From: an uncultured Planctomycetaceae bacterium
Lineage (GTDB): Bacteria; Planctomycetota; Planctomycetia; Pirellulales; PALSA-1355
Assembly: GCA_963779015.1 (NCBI GenBank)
Contig: CAVZWY010000011.1
Span: 20,344 to 84,343, forward strand
DNA length: 64,000 nt
Direction: 5' to 3'
A program made the translations under genes and the position numbers. Below the pieces are notes generated by a model. That model was not told the origin of the DNA. It saw only the letters and a list, made by a program, of their open reading frames with translations, and did no database searches. Positions within the stretch are counted from its first letter, which is position 1, and every line of letters starts with the position of its first letter. Positions 1-11,568 of the stretch are shown in pieces.

Positions 1-853
1 GATATGGATCGGCGCGATTCTCGAAAGCTCTTCGAGATACGGCCGCAGCTTGTCGGGACCCAGGCGCAATTCATGCCGACGCTGAGCAGATCGAAATGGG
101 AAATCGAGTTCCAACAGGCTTCGACCGTCTGCGCCGAGAGCGTGCGGCCGCCTTCGAAGATGGTGAAGCTGGCCATCACCGGCAGCCGCATGCCGGTGTC
201 CTCGAAGAACTTGTCGATGGCGAACAAGCAAGCCTTCATCACCAGCGTGTCGAAGGCCGTTTCGCACAGCAGGATGTCGACGCCGCCTTCGACCAGCGCG
301 TCGACCTGTTCATGGTAGGTCTCGACCATCTGGTCGAACGTGGCGGTCCGATGCCCGGGGTCGTTGACGTTGCCGGCGATTGAAAGCTGCTTGTTGGTGG
401 GACCGATCGAACCGGCCACGAACCGCGGCTTTTCGGGCGTGCGCAGGTTCATTTCGTCGACGGCGTTGCGCGCAGGCGCACCGCGGCGACGTTCAATTCG
501 CGCACGCGATCGGCCAGATCGAAATCCTGCATGCCGACGCTGGTAGCGCCGAAGGTGTTCGTTTCGACGATATCGGCGCCGGCTTCGAGATAGGCGCGAT
601 GGATGTTTTCGATGGCCTCGGGCTGGGTGAGCACGAGGATATCGATGAAGTTCTTAAGGTCTTTGGAATGATTGGCGAACTGGGCGCCGCGATAGTCGGC
701 TTCGCTGAACTTCAGCGAGTGGACCATCGTTCCCATGGCCCCGTCGAGCACCAGGATGCGTTCGGCCAGCAGGGCTTCGAGCCGTTGTCGGGTTTGATCT
801 TGAGCAATGACTGCCATGGAAGCATTTTTCGGGGGGAGGTGGCGTCGAGGCAA
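1..853 (-). CDS. metH: Methionine synthase MetH, N-terminal homocysteine S-methyltransferase domain (5' part of the gene; continues beyond window start). At least two apparent 1-nt frameshifts (near 470 and near 62).
   Basis: Translation ILVLDGAMGTM...FGATSVGMQDFDL...NLRTPEKPRFVAGSIGPTNK...ETAFDTLVMKACLFAIDKFFEDTG...RPYLEELSRIAPI matches the MetH Hcy-binding domain; the reading frame has to be switched twice to follow it. Confidence 0.8.
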
Positions 854-1243
854 AACGGGCCACGGTGGCGCGTTGCCCGGTAAGAATGCGGCGCACCAGG
901 CGTTCGAGGAGCACTTTTTACGCAGCTAGCACAACTATCGCACACACACCCAATAGCCGCAAGGTTGGCTTATTGCTGGCATTGGGCGCGTTGGGAGCAC
1001 GCTTTTGCGACGACAGCCCCTGACAGCAGATGCGGCCAGGCGGTCTGGGGTTCGCGGCGAACGTCGTCAGCCGCTGCCCAGATAGCCCGATTGCCGGCGA
1101 TTCACCATGCCGCCCGCTCGTCGCAGAGCGGTTATGAGTCAAGATCGGTGCGACCGCTACCGATAGTAGAGTCAATCGTTTCCTGCGCACACTTTGCGCC
1201 GGAGCATGGCGAGTCACCAGTCCCGAAACTACGTGAGCGAGCG

Positions 1244-1987
1244 ATGGCAACATTTTCAGTAGTGGGCCACGACGATGCGCCGGACGAAGCCACCGATGCT
1301 GATTTGCTGCCCGCGTCGCAGGCGGAGCCGACGACGCGGCATGGATTATCGCGCGACTCCTCGCATGCCAGTGGGGGCGACCACGACGCGCTGCCGCTAA
1401 CGCTGTTGGAGTTGCCCGATCTGGTGGCGGTGAGCCAATGGACGGACCGACGGTGGACGAACCTCGGCAACCGCATTTTTTGGGTCGGCATCATCGTGGG
1501 ATCCGTGCTGGCGTTGTGGCTAATCTGGCAACCGGTGCGACAAAAACTGCCCCAACACGAAGCGGCGCCCACGTGGGACGGCCATGCGGCCGCGCAGCCG
1601 CAGCCAGCGACTGCGCCGCCGGTGGCCTCCGAGCAAGCGGCACCGGCGTGGCCGACGGAATCGGCCACAACGGCTGACGCTCACAAGCACGAACACGAAG
1701 CGCATGCCGAACCCACCGCAGCGCAAGTCTGGCCGGCGGAGGAGCCGCCCGAGGCGAGTCCCACGACGCACGACACCGACGCGCTAGAGCCGGCCAGCGA
1801 AACCGAAGCGCCGTCGCCCGGCCAGGAATCGGCGCCGTCGTTCGACGACTGGAGCAGCCAACAGCCGGCAGCGGCTGGGGAGTACACGGCTTGCAGCGGC
1901 GAAAAACGGATGGACGGCGGCGGCGTGCATGCCGAGCCGGGGGAAGCGATGCCAACTGGCAAAATCAAGAACGTGGTGACGCCATGA
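1244..1987 (+). CDS. Hypothetical membrane-anchored protein with Pro/Ala/Glu/His-rich low-complexity tail
   Basis: ATG at 1244; one predicted TM helix (IFWVGIIVGSVLALWLIW) followed by an acidic PA-rich tail; stop overlaps the next start (ATGA at 1984-1987). Confidence 0.4.
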   Translation: MATFSVVGHDDAPDEATDADLLPASQAEPTTRHGLSRDSSHASGGDHDALPLTLLELPDLVAVSQWTDRRWTNLGNRIFWVGIIVGSVLALWLIWQPVRQKLPQHEAAPTWDGHAAAQPQPATAPPVASEQAAPAWPTESATTADAHKHEHEAHAEPTAAQVWPAEEPPEASPTTHDTDALEPASETEAPSPGQESAPSFDDWSSQQPAAAGEYTACSGEKRMDGGGVHAEPGEAMPTGKIKNVVTP

Positions 1988-2998
1988 CCGCGCTGGATCG
2001 AGCTTTTATCAAAGCGTATGCCGACATGCCCACGGCCAGCCGACCAAGAATGGCCACGGGCGAACCGCATGCGACGCCGGGTCCGGCGGGACCGCACGAG
2101 CTGGCACGGCCGCCGCGAAGGCCGTTTGGAACTGGCGCCGAGCGTACGATCGAACTGGCCCCGCCGACGCCGGCCTCCGGCGGCGCGCTCAACGACTCGG
2201 CTCACGCGCCCAAAGCACCTTTGTCGGCCTTTGCGCCGGCGCCAACGGCTGACGACAAGATTCGCGCGGGCGTGGAAGTCGACGAGATCTGCTGGCCCAG
2301 CGAGTGCATCGAGTTGATCGAACGAGCCCGGCGCGGCTTCGATCGCTTCGTGGATCACCTGACGGAACGGATTACGCGGGAGGAGCGGTGTATTGCAATC
2401 GCTGGGTTTTGCCCCGGCGACGGACGGACGCTGATCACGCTGGCCACGGCCAAGCACCTGGCAACCCGGGGCATTCACACGGTGATGGTCGACGCCAACT
2501 TCGAAAATCCCATGCTCGCGCCAAGTTGCCGCATTACGCCGCAGTGCGGCTGGTGCGAGGCGGTTTCCGGCCAGAAGACCTTGGAAGAAGCGCTGATCAC
2601 ATCGCGCTCGGACGGGGTGACGCTGGTGCCCTGTCGCGGACGGAGCCAGAGTGTTGCACCGCCCGGCGATAGCGCGCCCTTGACCACGACGTTTGCCACG
2701 CTCAAAGAGCAATACGACCTTGTGCTGCTGGACACCGCGGCGCTCGACTCGCCCACGGCGGTGGCAAGTTTTGCGGGCCTGGCCGAAGCCGTCGGGCTCG
2801 ACGCGATCTACCTGGTGCGCGACACGCGCACCACCAGCGTCGAAGAAATGGCCGCCACCTGCTCGGCCCTGCAGGCAAGCGCACATGGCGGTGGCCGGCA
2901 TCATCGACAATTTCGTGGCGCCGGCCGATTTGCACCACCAGCGGATGCACATTCCCTTGCCCAATTTCGCGAGCCGGCTGCTGGCGTCGCGCGACTAA
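1984..2998 (+). CDS. ParA/MinD-fold protein with degenerate Walker A (likely non-catalytic); apparent frameshift near 2880
   Basis: IAIAGFCPGDGRTLITLA (deviant P-loop position without the GKT lysine), VDANFENPML (A' box-like), LVLLDTAA (Walker B-like); the C-terminus continues in another frame (MAVAGIIDNFVAPADL...RD*). Confidence 0.5.
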
Positions 2999-3017
2999 GC
3001 GGAACCAGGTAACGACC

Positions 3018-3838
3018 ATGTACAGAAACTACTGGCAATTGCACTCGCGGCCGTTCGACCACGGCATCGATCCGCGGTTCTACTATCCCAGCGAAGCCCA
3101 TCAGGGCGCGCTGCTCAAGCTGCGCTATGTGATCGAAAACGAGCGCGGCGCCGGATTGCTGGCCGGCAGCGCCGGCTCAGGCAAGACGATGGTCATCAAT
3201 TCGCTCCGGCGGCAGCTTGACGAATCGTACAATCCTTTCGTGCACGTGGTCTTTCCGCAAATGTCGGTCAAGGAATTGCTGGCCTACCTGGCCGGCGAAA
3301 TGGCGCCTCGGGCGGCGCTAGCAATACCACGACACTCGACGAAAGCATTCGCCGCCTGCAACACTTCTTGAATGAGAATGCCCGCCGCGGCCAGCATGCC
3401 GTGGTGGTCATCGACGAGGCGCATCTGCTGTTGGAATGCGAGGCTCTCGACACCTTGCGGCTGCTGACGAATCTGGAGGGTGGGGGCAAGCCGGCGTTGA
3501 CGCTGATTCTGGTCGGGCAACCGCAATTGTTGCCGGCGCTGGAGCGGCTGCCGGGCTTGGAGGCTCGCCTGGGAGTGAAGTGCCTGCTGCGGCCGTTCAA
3601 CCTGGAGGAAACGGTCAGCTACGTATCGCACCGCATGACGGCCGCCGGAGCGACCAACGAGATCTTCACTTCCGAAGCACTATCCGCCCTCTACGAACTG
3701 ACCGGCGGCAATCCGCGCTGCATCAACCGTTTGTGCGACCTGGCGCTGCTGATCGGCTACGCCGAGGAGCAAGTGCGGATCAATGCCCCGCAAATCGAGG
3801 CGGTGTCAAACGAGTTGGTGGCCGTGACGCCCGAATAG
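3018..3838 (+). CDS. ExeA/GspA-like AAA+ ATPase (AAA_16/ExeA family); apparent frameshift near 3302
   Basis: GLLAGSAGSGKTMVINSL (Walker A), AVVVIDEAHLL (Walker B), LTLILVGQPQL, RLCDLALLIGYAEE; the two ORFs 3018-3371 and 3368-3838 join once a single G is restored in ATGG(G)CGCC. Confidence 0.7.
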
Positions 3839-3875
3839 CCATGACCGCCAGGCGCGGCGTGCTAGAATCGCCGAC

Positions 3876-5563
3876 GTGAAATCGGCATCGCGCGGGTCCA
3901 CCTTTCTGGAAGCAGCGGCGGCAACGTGCCTTTGCGCTGCGCTGCTGGTCATCACGTCGCGCCCCCTGGCCATGGTGTGGGACGAGGGCGACACGATCAC
4001 GCGGGCCGAGCGTTTGGCGGCGATCGTCGGGATCGACCAGCCCGCCGAGGCCGAAGCGGTCGCCGCGCAGCCCGACTGGCCGTACACCACGGTGCGCGAG
4101 GGGCATCCGCCGCTGGTGGGCTATCTGATCGCGGGCGGACAGTGCCTTGCGCCCGGGTGGCTCGACCCGCTGACGCAAGCGCGGCTGGGGCCGATGCTCT
4201 GGTTCGCGCTGGCGGCCGGCGCCATGTACTATCGGCTGGTGCGCGACTATCACGTGCGCGTCGTGGGCGTGATGGCCGTCGTGGCGCTGGTGACCATGCC
4301 GCGCGTGTTTGCTCATGCGCACTACGCCACGCTGGACGGCACGGTGACCGCCGCGTGGGTATTGGCTTGGGCGACGTTCGGACCGGCTTGTCGCCATTGG
4401 CGCATGATTCCACTGTTCGGCGTCGCGCTGGGGCTGTGTCTGTGCGCCAAGTTCACCGGCTGGCTGGCCGTCGCGCCGTTGGTGGCTTGGTCGGCCTTAT
4501 ATCGCGATGGACGCGCCGTCCCAGCGTTGCTGGCCGGCGTGCCGATCGCACTGTTCGTGTTCGTGCTGCTCAATCCTCCGTTGTGGCACGATCCGCTGGC
4601 GGGACTGGGCACGTTTTGGGAATTGAACCTGCACCGCGGCCAGCAACACGGGCTGAACGTTACCACGTGGTTCTTCGGCCGGATGCACGACCTGGACCAT
4701 CCCCTGCCCTGGTACAACTCGCTGGTCTGGACACTGATCACGGTCACGCCGATCGCCGCGCTGCTGGGCGTCGTGGGCATCGTGGCGAGTGTGCGGCGGT
4801 GGCGAAGCGATCCGGCGGGCATGCTGCTGGTCTGCAACTGGGCCACGCTGCTCGTGGTGCGAGCCTTGCCCTGGGCTCCTCCGCACGATGCCGAGCGGCT
4901 GATCCTGCCGAGTTTCGCGTTTTTTGCGGCGATGGTAGGCGTGGGCGTCGGGCGCGCTCTGTATCGCGATACTTTGCTGCAGCCGGAGAGGATTCCGGCG
5001 CAAGGTTGGGCCAAGGTGGTGATGGGGCTGGCGATCGCGGCGGCCGTTTATGAAACGGCCGGTTACCACCCACACGACTTGTCGTACTACAGCGGCATCG
5101 TCGGCGGGTTGCGCGGCGCGAGGGCGCTGGGCCTGGAGCCGACGTATTACTGGGATGGGCTAGACCGTCCAGCGCTGGCGTGGCTCAATGAGCACACCCA
5201 TGGAGATGAGAAGGTGGCATTCGGCGCAGCGCCCAGCGCAACTTGGAATTGCTGAAACAGTGGGGCCAGTTGCACCGCGTGCCGAGCGACCCGGGCAGGT
5301 TTCGCTGGTACGTGATCCAGCGACGTCCCAGCGCCTGGTCGCCGGCGGATCGCTGGCTGGTCGACCATGAGCAGCCGGCGTTTCAGCGCACCGTATTCGG
5401 CGTGCCGCTGCTGGATGTGTATTCGTACGAGCAGTACCAACGTGCGCTGCGCCGGTTTCCACCTCCGATCAATAGCGTTTGGGGGTCGCAATGGCATCTT
5501 GCAAGTGTTGTGTCACAGGGGGAAATTCACTGGCAAGACGCCGGTGCCACCCTACGCCGTTAA
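3876..5563 (+). CDS. GT39/ArnT-like polytopic membrane glycosyltransferase (PMT_2-like); apparent frameshift near 5230
   Basis: Multi-TM N-terminal region with periplasmic loops, and a soluble C-terminal domain that continues in ORF 5243-5563; GTG start at 3876. Confidence 0.55.
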
Positions 5564-5736
5564 CCCTGAAGAACAATCCGCAGATTACGCAGATTTCACA
5601 GAGAAAAAGGATAGTTCAGACCGGTGGGCTCTCAGCCGAGCGCGCGATGTCGAATTCGGAACTCATAATTCTGCGAAATCCGTGTAATCTGCGGATCGAG
5701 GATCAGAAGGAACGGTTAACGGCGTAGGGTGCCACC
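5543..5736. repeat. 194-bp nested inverted-repeat element in a convergent intergenic region (MITE-like element or structured bidirectional terminator)
   Basis: Outer arms ggtgccaccctacgccgttaacc (5543-5565) and ggttaacggcgtagggtgccacc (5714-5736) match at 22/23 positions; inner imperfect inverted pair atccgcagattacgcagatttcacagag / ctctgcgaaatccgtgtaatctgcggat; the left arm overlaps the last 7 codons and stop of the upstream gene. Confidence 0.6.
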
Positions 5737-5750
5737 CGCGCCGTGGGCAT

Positions 5751-7017
5751 TTACACTAGCCCGGTCATGGTGGCGTAGAGATCGAGATCGGCCCGGTCGC
5801 CCAGGATGGAGAACAGGGCGCGAATCTGTAGCAGCCCGTTGGAGATCATGAAGCGCGAGTCACGGCCAAAGCTTTTGGCGCCCAGGATATAGAAATCGGG
5901 CTCAGGGTTCAAAAGGGCGGCGTGGATCGAAGGCGGCGCCGGTGCCAAGTTCCGCCAACACGCTGCTCATGCCGGCGGGCGCTTCGCTGGCAGGACAAAG
6001 GGCCACGTGCAACTCGCGGTGCAGGCTGCCGTCGGGCCGATAGCCGACGTTGGCCACGACACGGTCGAACTCGAACTCACCGGCGTGCTTGCCTGCCAAG
6101 CGGAGGGCGAAACGGTCGAGGTCCGGATGCCAGACGACTGCTTCGACCTGTGTGCCGCTGTAGAACGTGACGTGATTCGCGTCGTCGGCAGCCAGGCGAT
6201 TGGCCAGTGCGGCAACCCGCTGACGCTCGGGCAGGACGTTGTCGACCGGCGGCTCCACCGGCTGTGGCAACTGCTCGTTGCATGTGCGTCGCGTGACCCA
6301 CGTGACCCAGGTATCGGGAGACTGACCCGCCAATTCGGCCAGCGCTACCAGGCTGGCCGCTGCCGAATCGCCGTCGCCGACAAGCAGGACATTGCGGCCG
6401 TGGTAGCGCTGGCGGTGGGCGCCCAGTACGTCGGGCAGGCCGTATTCGATCTGTCCCGCGGCGGCACGTTCGCCCAGTGCGGGAATGCCCGCCGAACCGA
6501 GCCAGTTGCCATTGCCGTAAGTGCCCGTGGCGTCGACGACCACGTCGGCGGTTGCCCAGCGCTGGCGAGCGTGGTCGGCCGGTGCGGTGCTGTCCAACAG
6601 CAAGCGGAATTCGCCGTCGCCGCGGGCTTCGTCTTCGTGCAAATCGGACTTGAGCAAGCCGTCGCGTCCCACGCTCACGACGCGCGTGTGCTCGTGCAGG
6701 CCGTCGACCAGCAGATCGGATTGCGCCAGCGGCGTCAGATAGCGCTCGGCGTATTCGCGCCCCGTGAGCTGGGCGTCGTCGCCCGGCGGTTGCCAATCGG
6801 CATCCTGGGCCTTCAGCGCCGCGGTGCCCAAGGGCGAGCGGTTCATGCCAAAGGGCGTGAACATGCGCACGTGCCCCCAACGCCGCACGTTGTCGGCCAC
6901 ACTGCCGCGCTCGTAGAGATCGACGTCATAGCCCAGGTAGCGCGCGTACAGCGCCGCTTCGAGCCCGATCGGGCCGGCGCCGAGGATTGCAATGCGTGCT
7001 GGGGTTTCGATGGCCAT
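5751..7017 (-). CDS. FAD/NAD(P)-binding oxidoreductase (two Rossmann motifs); apparent frameshift near 5930
   Basis: IAILGAGPIGLEAALYARYLGYDVDLYERG and VLLVGDGDSAAASLV dinucleotide-binding motifs; the C-terminal continuation PEPDFYILGAKSFGRDSRF lies in ORF 5751-5948. Confidence 0.6.
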
Positions 7018-7053
7018 CGGAGTTGTGGCAACGTTGGGCTGCTGTAACCCGGG

Positions 7054-8193
7054 TCAATGCGAAGGCACGGGCGTGCGGAAGTGAGAGTCAGTTTGCGGTC
7101 GGTCGACGCGAAACGCCGAGAGTTCGACTTCCGGTTCGCGCCCTTGGATGAGTTGGCTCATCACGACGGCGGTGCCGGTGGAAAGTTGCAGGCCGCCGCG
7201 GAAATGGCCGGCGGCGATGAAGGCGTTGTCGACTCCCGGGATGCGCCCCAGGTAAGGCAGCCCGTCGGCAGTCGAGGGCGCAAGCCGGCCCAGGTGCGCT
7301 CGACGGTGGCGGTGGCCAACTGGGGCGCCAGGCCGATGGCGAAACCGAGCAGCCCGGCGATGGCGCCGGCGGTGGTCGAGCGATCGAAGCCGACGTCCTC
7401 TTCGGTCGAACCGGCCAACAGCCGGCCGTCGTCGCGGGGCACCAGGTAACGGCTTCCCTCGTTGACGATCCTGGAGAGCAGTTTGGCGGCAGTGCGAAAC
7501 AGCACGATCTGGCCGCGGATCGGTTTGATTGCCGGGGTGATGCCCAGACGGCGCACGAGCGGGCCGGTCCACGATCCGCTGGTGATGCACACCCGATCGG
7601 CCGACAGCGAACCGACGCCGGTGCGCACCGTTTCGATCCGTGCGCCGCGGACGACAAAATCTTCGGCCGCGGCGCCGGGCGTGATCTCCACGCCGCGCTG
7701 GGCGCAGGCCATCAACAGCGCTTGCAAATGCCGCGGATTGCGAATCTGACACTCTTCAGGCACCAGATAGGCCGCGCGAACGCCGTTGGGTTGCAGTGCC
7801 TGCTCATATTTCGCAATGTCGGCCTCGGCCAGCGGCTGGCACTCGATGTCACAGGACTGAGCCAGTCGAGCAAAGTCGTTCAAGCGCGCGGCTGCCTCAT
7901 TCTCGCGCTCGAGATAGATCGCGCCGCAATGTCGATAACCGTTGTCGATGCCGGTCGAATCGCGCAGGCGCGTCGGACCACTGGCGGTGCAGCTCGTTGC
8001 TCAAAGCGGTCAGTTGCGCCAGCAGATCGTCGGCCAGCGGCGCGGCGGGAGGCAGTATGCCGGCGCCGGCCCAGGATGCTTCACGGCCGGGCTGGGCCGC
8101 GTCGATCACGCGAACCTCGGCGCCTTTGCCGGCCAATTCATACGCTAGCGAGAGGCCGATCACGCCGCCTCCCACAATCAACACGTCCGACAT
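7054..8193 (-). CDS. Glycine oxidase ThiO-like / D-amino-acid oxidase family FAD oxidoreductase; two apparent frameshifts (near 7900 and near 7260)
   Basis: N-terminal VLIVGGGVIGLSLAYELAGKGAEVRVID; three collinear ORF pieces (7897-8193, 7161-7883, 7054-7752) cover a DAO-family protein. Confidence 0.6.
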
Positions 8194-8374
8194 CCGCTCA
8201 CCGCCGCGATTTGCAAAACACTCATGAAACTAACGTAGCGGTCATTCTATCGCCCTCGGTGGGACTTAACGAGGGTCCACGGTGGAGGCAAGCACTGGCG
8301 AGACGCCATTGCCACCCCAGGGGCCAGTGCCATCCAGAGGTGTGCGCAGTCACAGTGTCGTGCGGAGCGGCGCG

Positions 8375-8620
8375 CTACGAATCACGTTTGGACAGCAGCC
8401 GTCGCAGCAGTAGCTCGTCGATACGCCCGCGGAAACGCTCGCGGCCGTCGATGACCACAACCGGCACGCACTCGTCGTAGCGCGCGCGCAGCTCGGCATC
8501 CTGGTCGACGTCGACCGAGTCGAACGCCAGGCCGTGGCGGGCCAACAAGGCCGCCGCGTCATCGCAGAGGTGGCAGCCCCGGCGGGTATACAGAACGACA
8601 GAGGGTACGGGCTGGCTCAT
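8375..8620 (-). CDS. Glutaredoxin-like protein (thioredoxin fold, CxxC)
   Basis: VVLYTRRGCHLCDDA...CVPVVVIDG are typical glutaredoxin/NrdH-like motifs; 81 aa. Confidence 0.7.
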   Translation of the reverse strand: MSQPVPSVVLYTRRGCHLCDDAAALLARHGLAFDSVDVDQDAELRARYDECVPVVVIDGRERFRGRIDELLLRRLLSKRDS

Positions 8621-8780
8621 GTTGTGCTGGCACGTGCGAATCTGCGGGAAATTCGGGCGAATAAGATAGCAAATGCCCGCATGGTGGCGGATATTGACCC
8701 TTTTCGCAACTGGCCGGTGGGAGTATCCTCAAACGTGGCGGCACTCCCATCTTACGCACCCGGCATCGACGGCAGCCGGC

Positions 8781-10387
8781 ATGAGCAAGCTCTCGCTCGA
8801 CAGGTTTCTTGAATTCGCGCAGCGCAGCAAGCTGATCGAACCGGAGCGCCTTGAGCAGGTCGTCAGCGAGTGGAAGCGTCAGGCCACGATCGCGCAACTG
8901 GACGACGCCGGCGAGTGCGCCACGCATCTGGTCGAAGCCGGACTGCTCACGCACTGGCAAGCACACAAGCTGCTCGAAGGGCGGCACCGCGGCTTTCAGC
9001 TCGGCAAGTACAAGCTGCTGGGCCACCTGGGTAGCGGCGGCATGAGCAGCGTCTATCTGGCCGAACACACGTTGATGCATCGGCTAGCGGCCGTGAAGGT
9101 GCTGCCGCAGCATCGACTGAGCGACGCCTCGTACGTGGCCCGGTTTCACCTCGAAGGGCAATCGACCGCCGCGCTCGATCATCCGAACATCGTCCGCGTG
9201 TACGATCTCGATAGCGACGGCAAGATCCACTACCTGGTGATGGAATACATCGAGGGGCGCGATCTGGAAGCCATCGTGGCGGAAAATGGGCCGATGGACC
9301 CCGTGACCGCCGCCGACTATGTCGCCCAAGCCGCCGTGGGCTTGGAACACGCGCATCAGACCGGGCTGGTGCATCGCGACGTGAAGCCGGCCAACCTGCT
9401 GGTCGACCCTCAGGGCGTGGTCAAGATTCTGGATATGGGGCTGGCCAAGTTCGCCGGCGCGCGGTCGGCCGCGGCGGCGCTGGTGAACGACGAGCAAGTG
9501 TTGGGCACGGCCGATTTCGTGGCCCCGGAGCAGACCGTCAATTCCAACACCGTCGACTGCCGCGCGGACATTTATTCGCTGGGTTGCACGCTGTATTTCC
9601 TGCTTTCGGGCCATCCCCCCTTCCCTTTCGGCAACGCCTTGCAGCGGATGGCGGCCCACCAACACAATACGCCGCCGAGCATCGCGCTCGATCGGCCCGA
9701 GACGCCCGCTGAGCTGGTGGCGATTTGCGAGCGGATGATGGCCAAATCGCCGGCAGACCGCTATGCCTCGGTCGGCGACGTGCATGCCGTGCTGACCGCC
9801 TGGCTCGCCAGCGGCTCCGGGGCATTGGCGCGCAACCGCTCGCTGGCCGCTGCTGGGCACGGTTCGACACATGGCGGCGGACCGAGTGGTTTCGTCCCGC
9901 TGCCGGACCAACGCGGCGGCGACTCGAACATCCACGGGTCTCAGGAGCCGCCACGAGGCGATTCACCGTTTGCCGATACGGATCCGAACTTGCACCAGGC
10001 GACCCAGCGTATTCCAACAGGACTCGGCGGCAACGAGCCGCCGCCGTTGAGTTCATCGCAGAGTCACGTGCTGCATTCGGAGTTGGCGCGGATGGCGGAG
10101 CACGGCGCGGGCGGCGCGGCAATGCGCCGCCTCCACCACCGATCGTGGTCCCCCCCGCGCCCACTCCGCCTTCGATCGTTCGCGCGGTCGATTCCACGAC
10201 GCGCGCGGCGACCAATGCAGTGGATCGGCCAGTCGATGAGGCGCCGGTGGCGCCGCTCGTTCGCCCGACTCCGCCCGTCTTGTCGCGCGACCAACGGTCG
10301 AACGCAGCGGCGGTTTGGTTCACCGTGGTATTGCTCACCACGCTGTGCATGGCGGCGATTGTTTTGGCCATCGTTGCGCTGGCTTGA
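8781..10387 (+). CDS. Serine/threonine protein kinase with Pro-rich linker and C-terminal TM anchor; apparent frameshift near 10100
   Basis: GSGGMSSVYLA, AVKVL, HRDVKPANLLV, DMGLAKF and APE motifs; the C-terminal TM helix (VWFTVVLLTTLCMAAIVLAIVALA) is in the frame of ORF 9725-10387. Confidence 0.8.
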
Positions 10388-10666
10388 ACGGCGCGTGGGC
10401 CGCGCGAATCGCTGGCCCAATCGGGGGGTTTTTACTGCCCAAGAACCGCCGCCGTCAAGACCCCCTTTTGGCAGAAAAATCGGACAGTGTCCAACTCGAC
10501 AAATCATTGAAAAATAACGACTTATAACAATCTATTGAAACTGATCTCCCGTCCGACATAGGATGGAATTGCCGGACACGGGTCCGGTCTCATCCAAGAC
10601 GTCCGACGCGCCTCGGAGCGGAGCAGCAAAACGGCCCATCGCGGCCGCTTCTCAACGGAATGACCC

Positions 10667-11419
10667 GTGCTGCCGGACAAAGCTTTGGGGGTCATTTCAG
10701 TGCATCGGCGCGAGCTACATAGCGGAGCACGGCTGTTGAAACAGCAGCAGCGACACTACGTCGCTGCGCTGGCTAAAGCGCGCCGTCCGAGCACCGCAGC
10801 CAGCAAACGCATCCGCGGTGTGCATCGCAATGAGATGCTGCCGTTTGTACCCCCCGAAGACTGGCACGAGCCGACGGGCAAGGACGACGGATACCGCATT
10901 GTGGCGCAAGCGCCAGGCCCGGGGTTTCGGCACATTCTCACGCCCCAGGATATTCGCCAGCGGCTGGACCAGTTTCCCCAGCACATGCTGGCCAACCTCG
11001 AGGTCGTGCAGTTGAGCCGCATGACGCGCAAGAAGCTCAGTTTCCCCTGCTACGGCATGCAGTGGGGGTCGAGCCTGTATTTGTATCCGATCGAAGTCGG
11101 TCTGGCCGAGTTCTATCATGCTCCGCCAACGCCGGCCCAGCGCAACGAAGCCCGCATGTACGGCGGACGCTGGCTCGAGGACTCGCCCGGGGTGTGGAAG
11201 CTGGAATGGTCGGAAGAGACCATCCGCGACTTCTATCTCAACAACATCCTGATTCACGAGCTGGGGCACCTGGTCGACGACCGCAACACGGGCTACGTCG
11301 ACCGCGAGCGCTATGCCGAGTGGTTCTCGCTGGAATACGGCTATCGCAATAGCCAGGCGCGCAGCCGGACCCGCAAGGTCGTGCGGCGCCACCACAAGCC
11401 GAGCCAGCGTATCGCCTAG
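10667..11419 (+). CDS. Hypothetical protein with HExxH motif (possible zincin-like metallopeptidase, MtfA/M90-like is a guess)
   Basis: IHELGHLVDD near the C-terminal third; about 250 aa; no signal peptide. Confidence 0.4.
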   Translation: MLPDKALGVISVHRRELHSGARLLKQQQRHYVAALAKARRPSTAASKRIRGVHRNEMLPFVPPEDWHEPTGKDDGYRIVAQAPGPGFRHILTPQDIRQRLDQFPQHMLANLEVVQLSRMTRKKLSFPCYGMQWGSSLYLYPIEVGLAEFYHAPPTPAQRNEARMYGGRWLEDSPGVWKLEWSEETIRDFYLNNILIHELGHLVDDRNTGYVDRERYAEWFSLEYGYRNSQARSRTRKVVRRHHKPSQRIA

Positions 11420-11568
11420 CGCCGGCGGCAATCTCGGGCAACTGTCCCATTTCCGCGCTCGCGTTGGGACAACCGGCGATTTTATAATGGCGCGTAGCGC
11501 CGGCAGGGCTCAAACCCCTGACGGCCCCCTGCCCAACTGCCGGAACTGACCCGAGGCCCGCCGCGACC

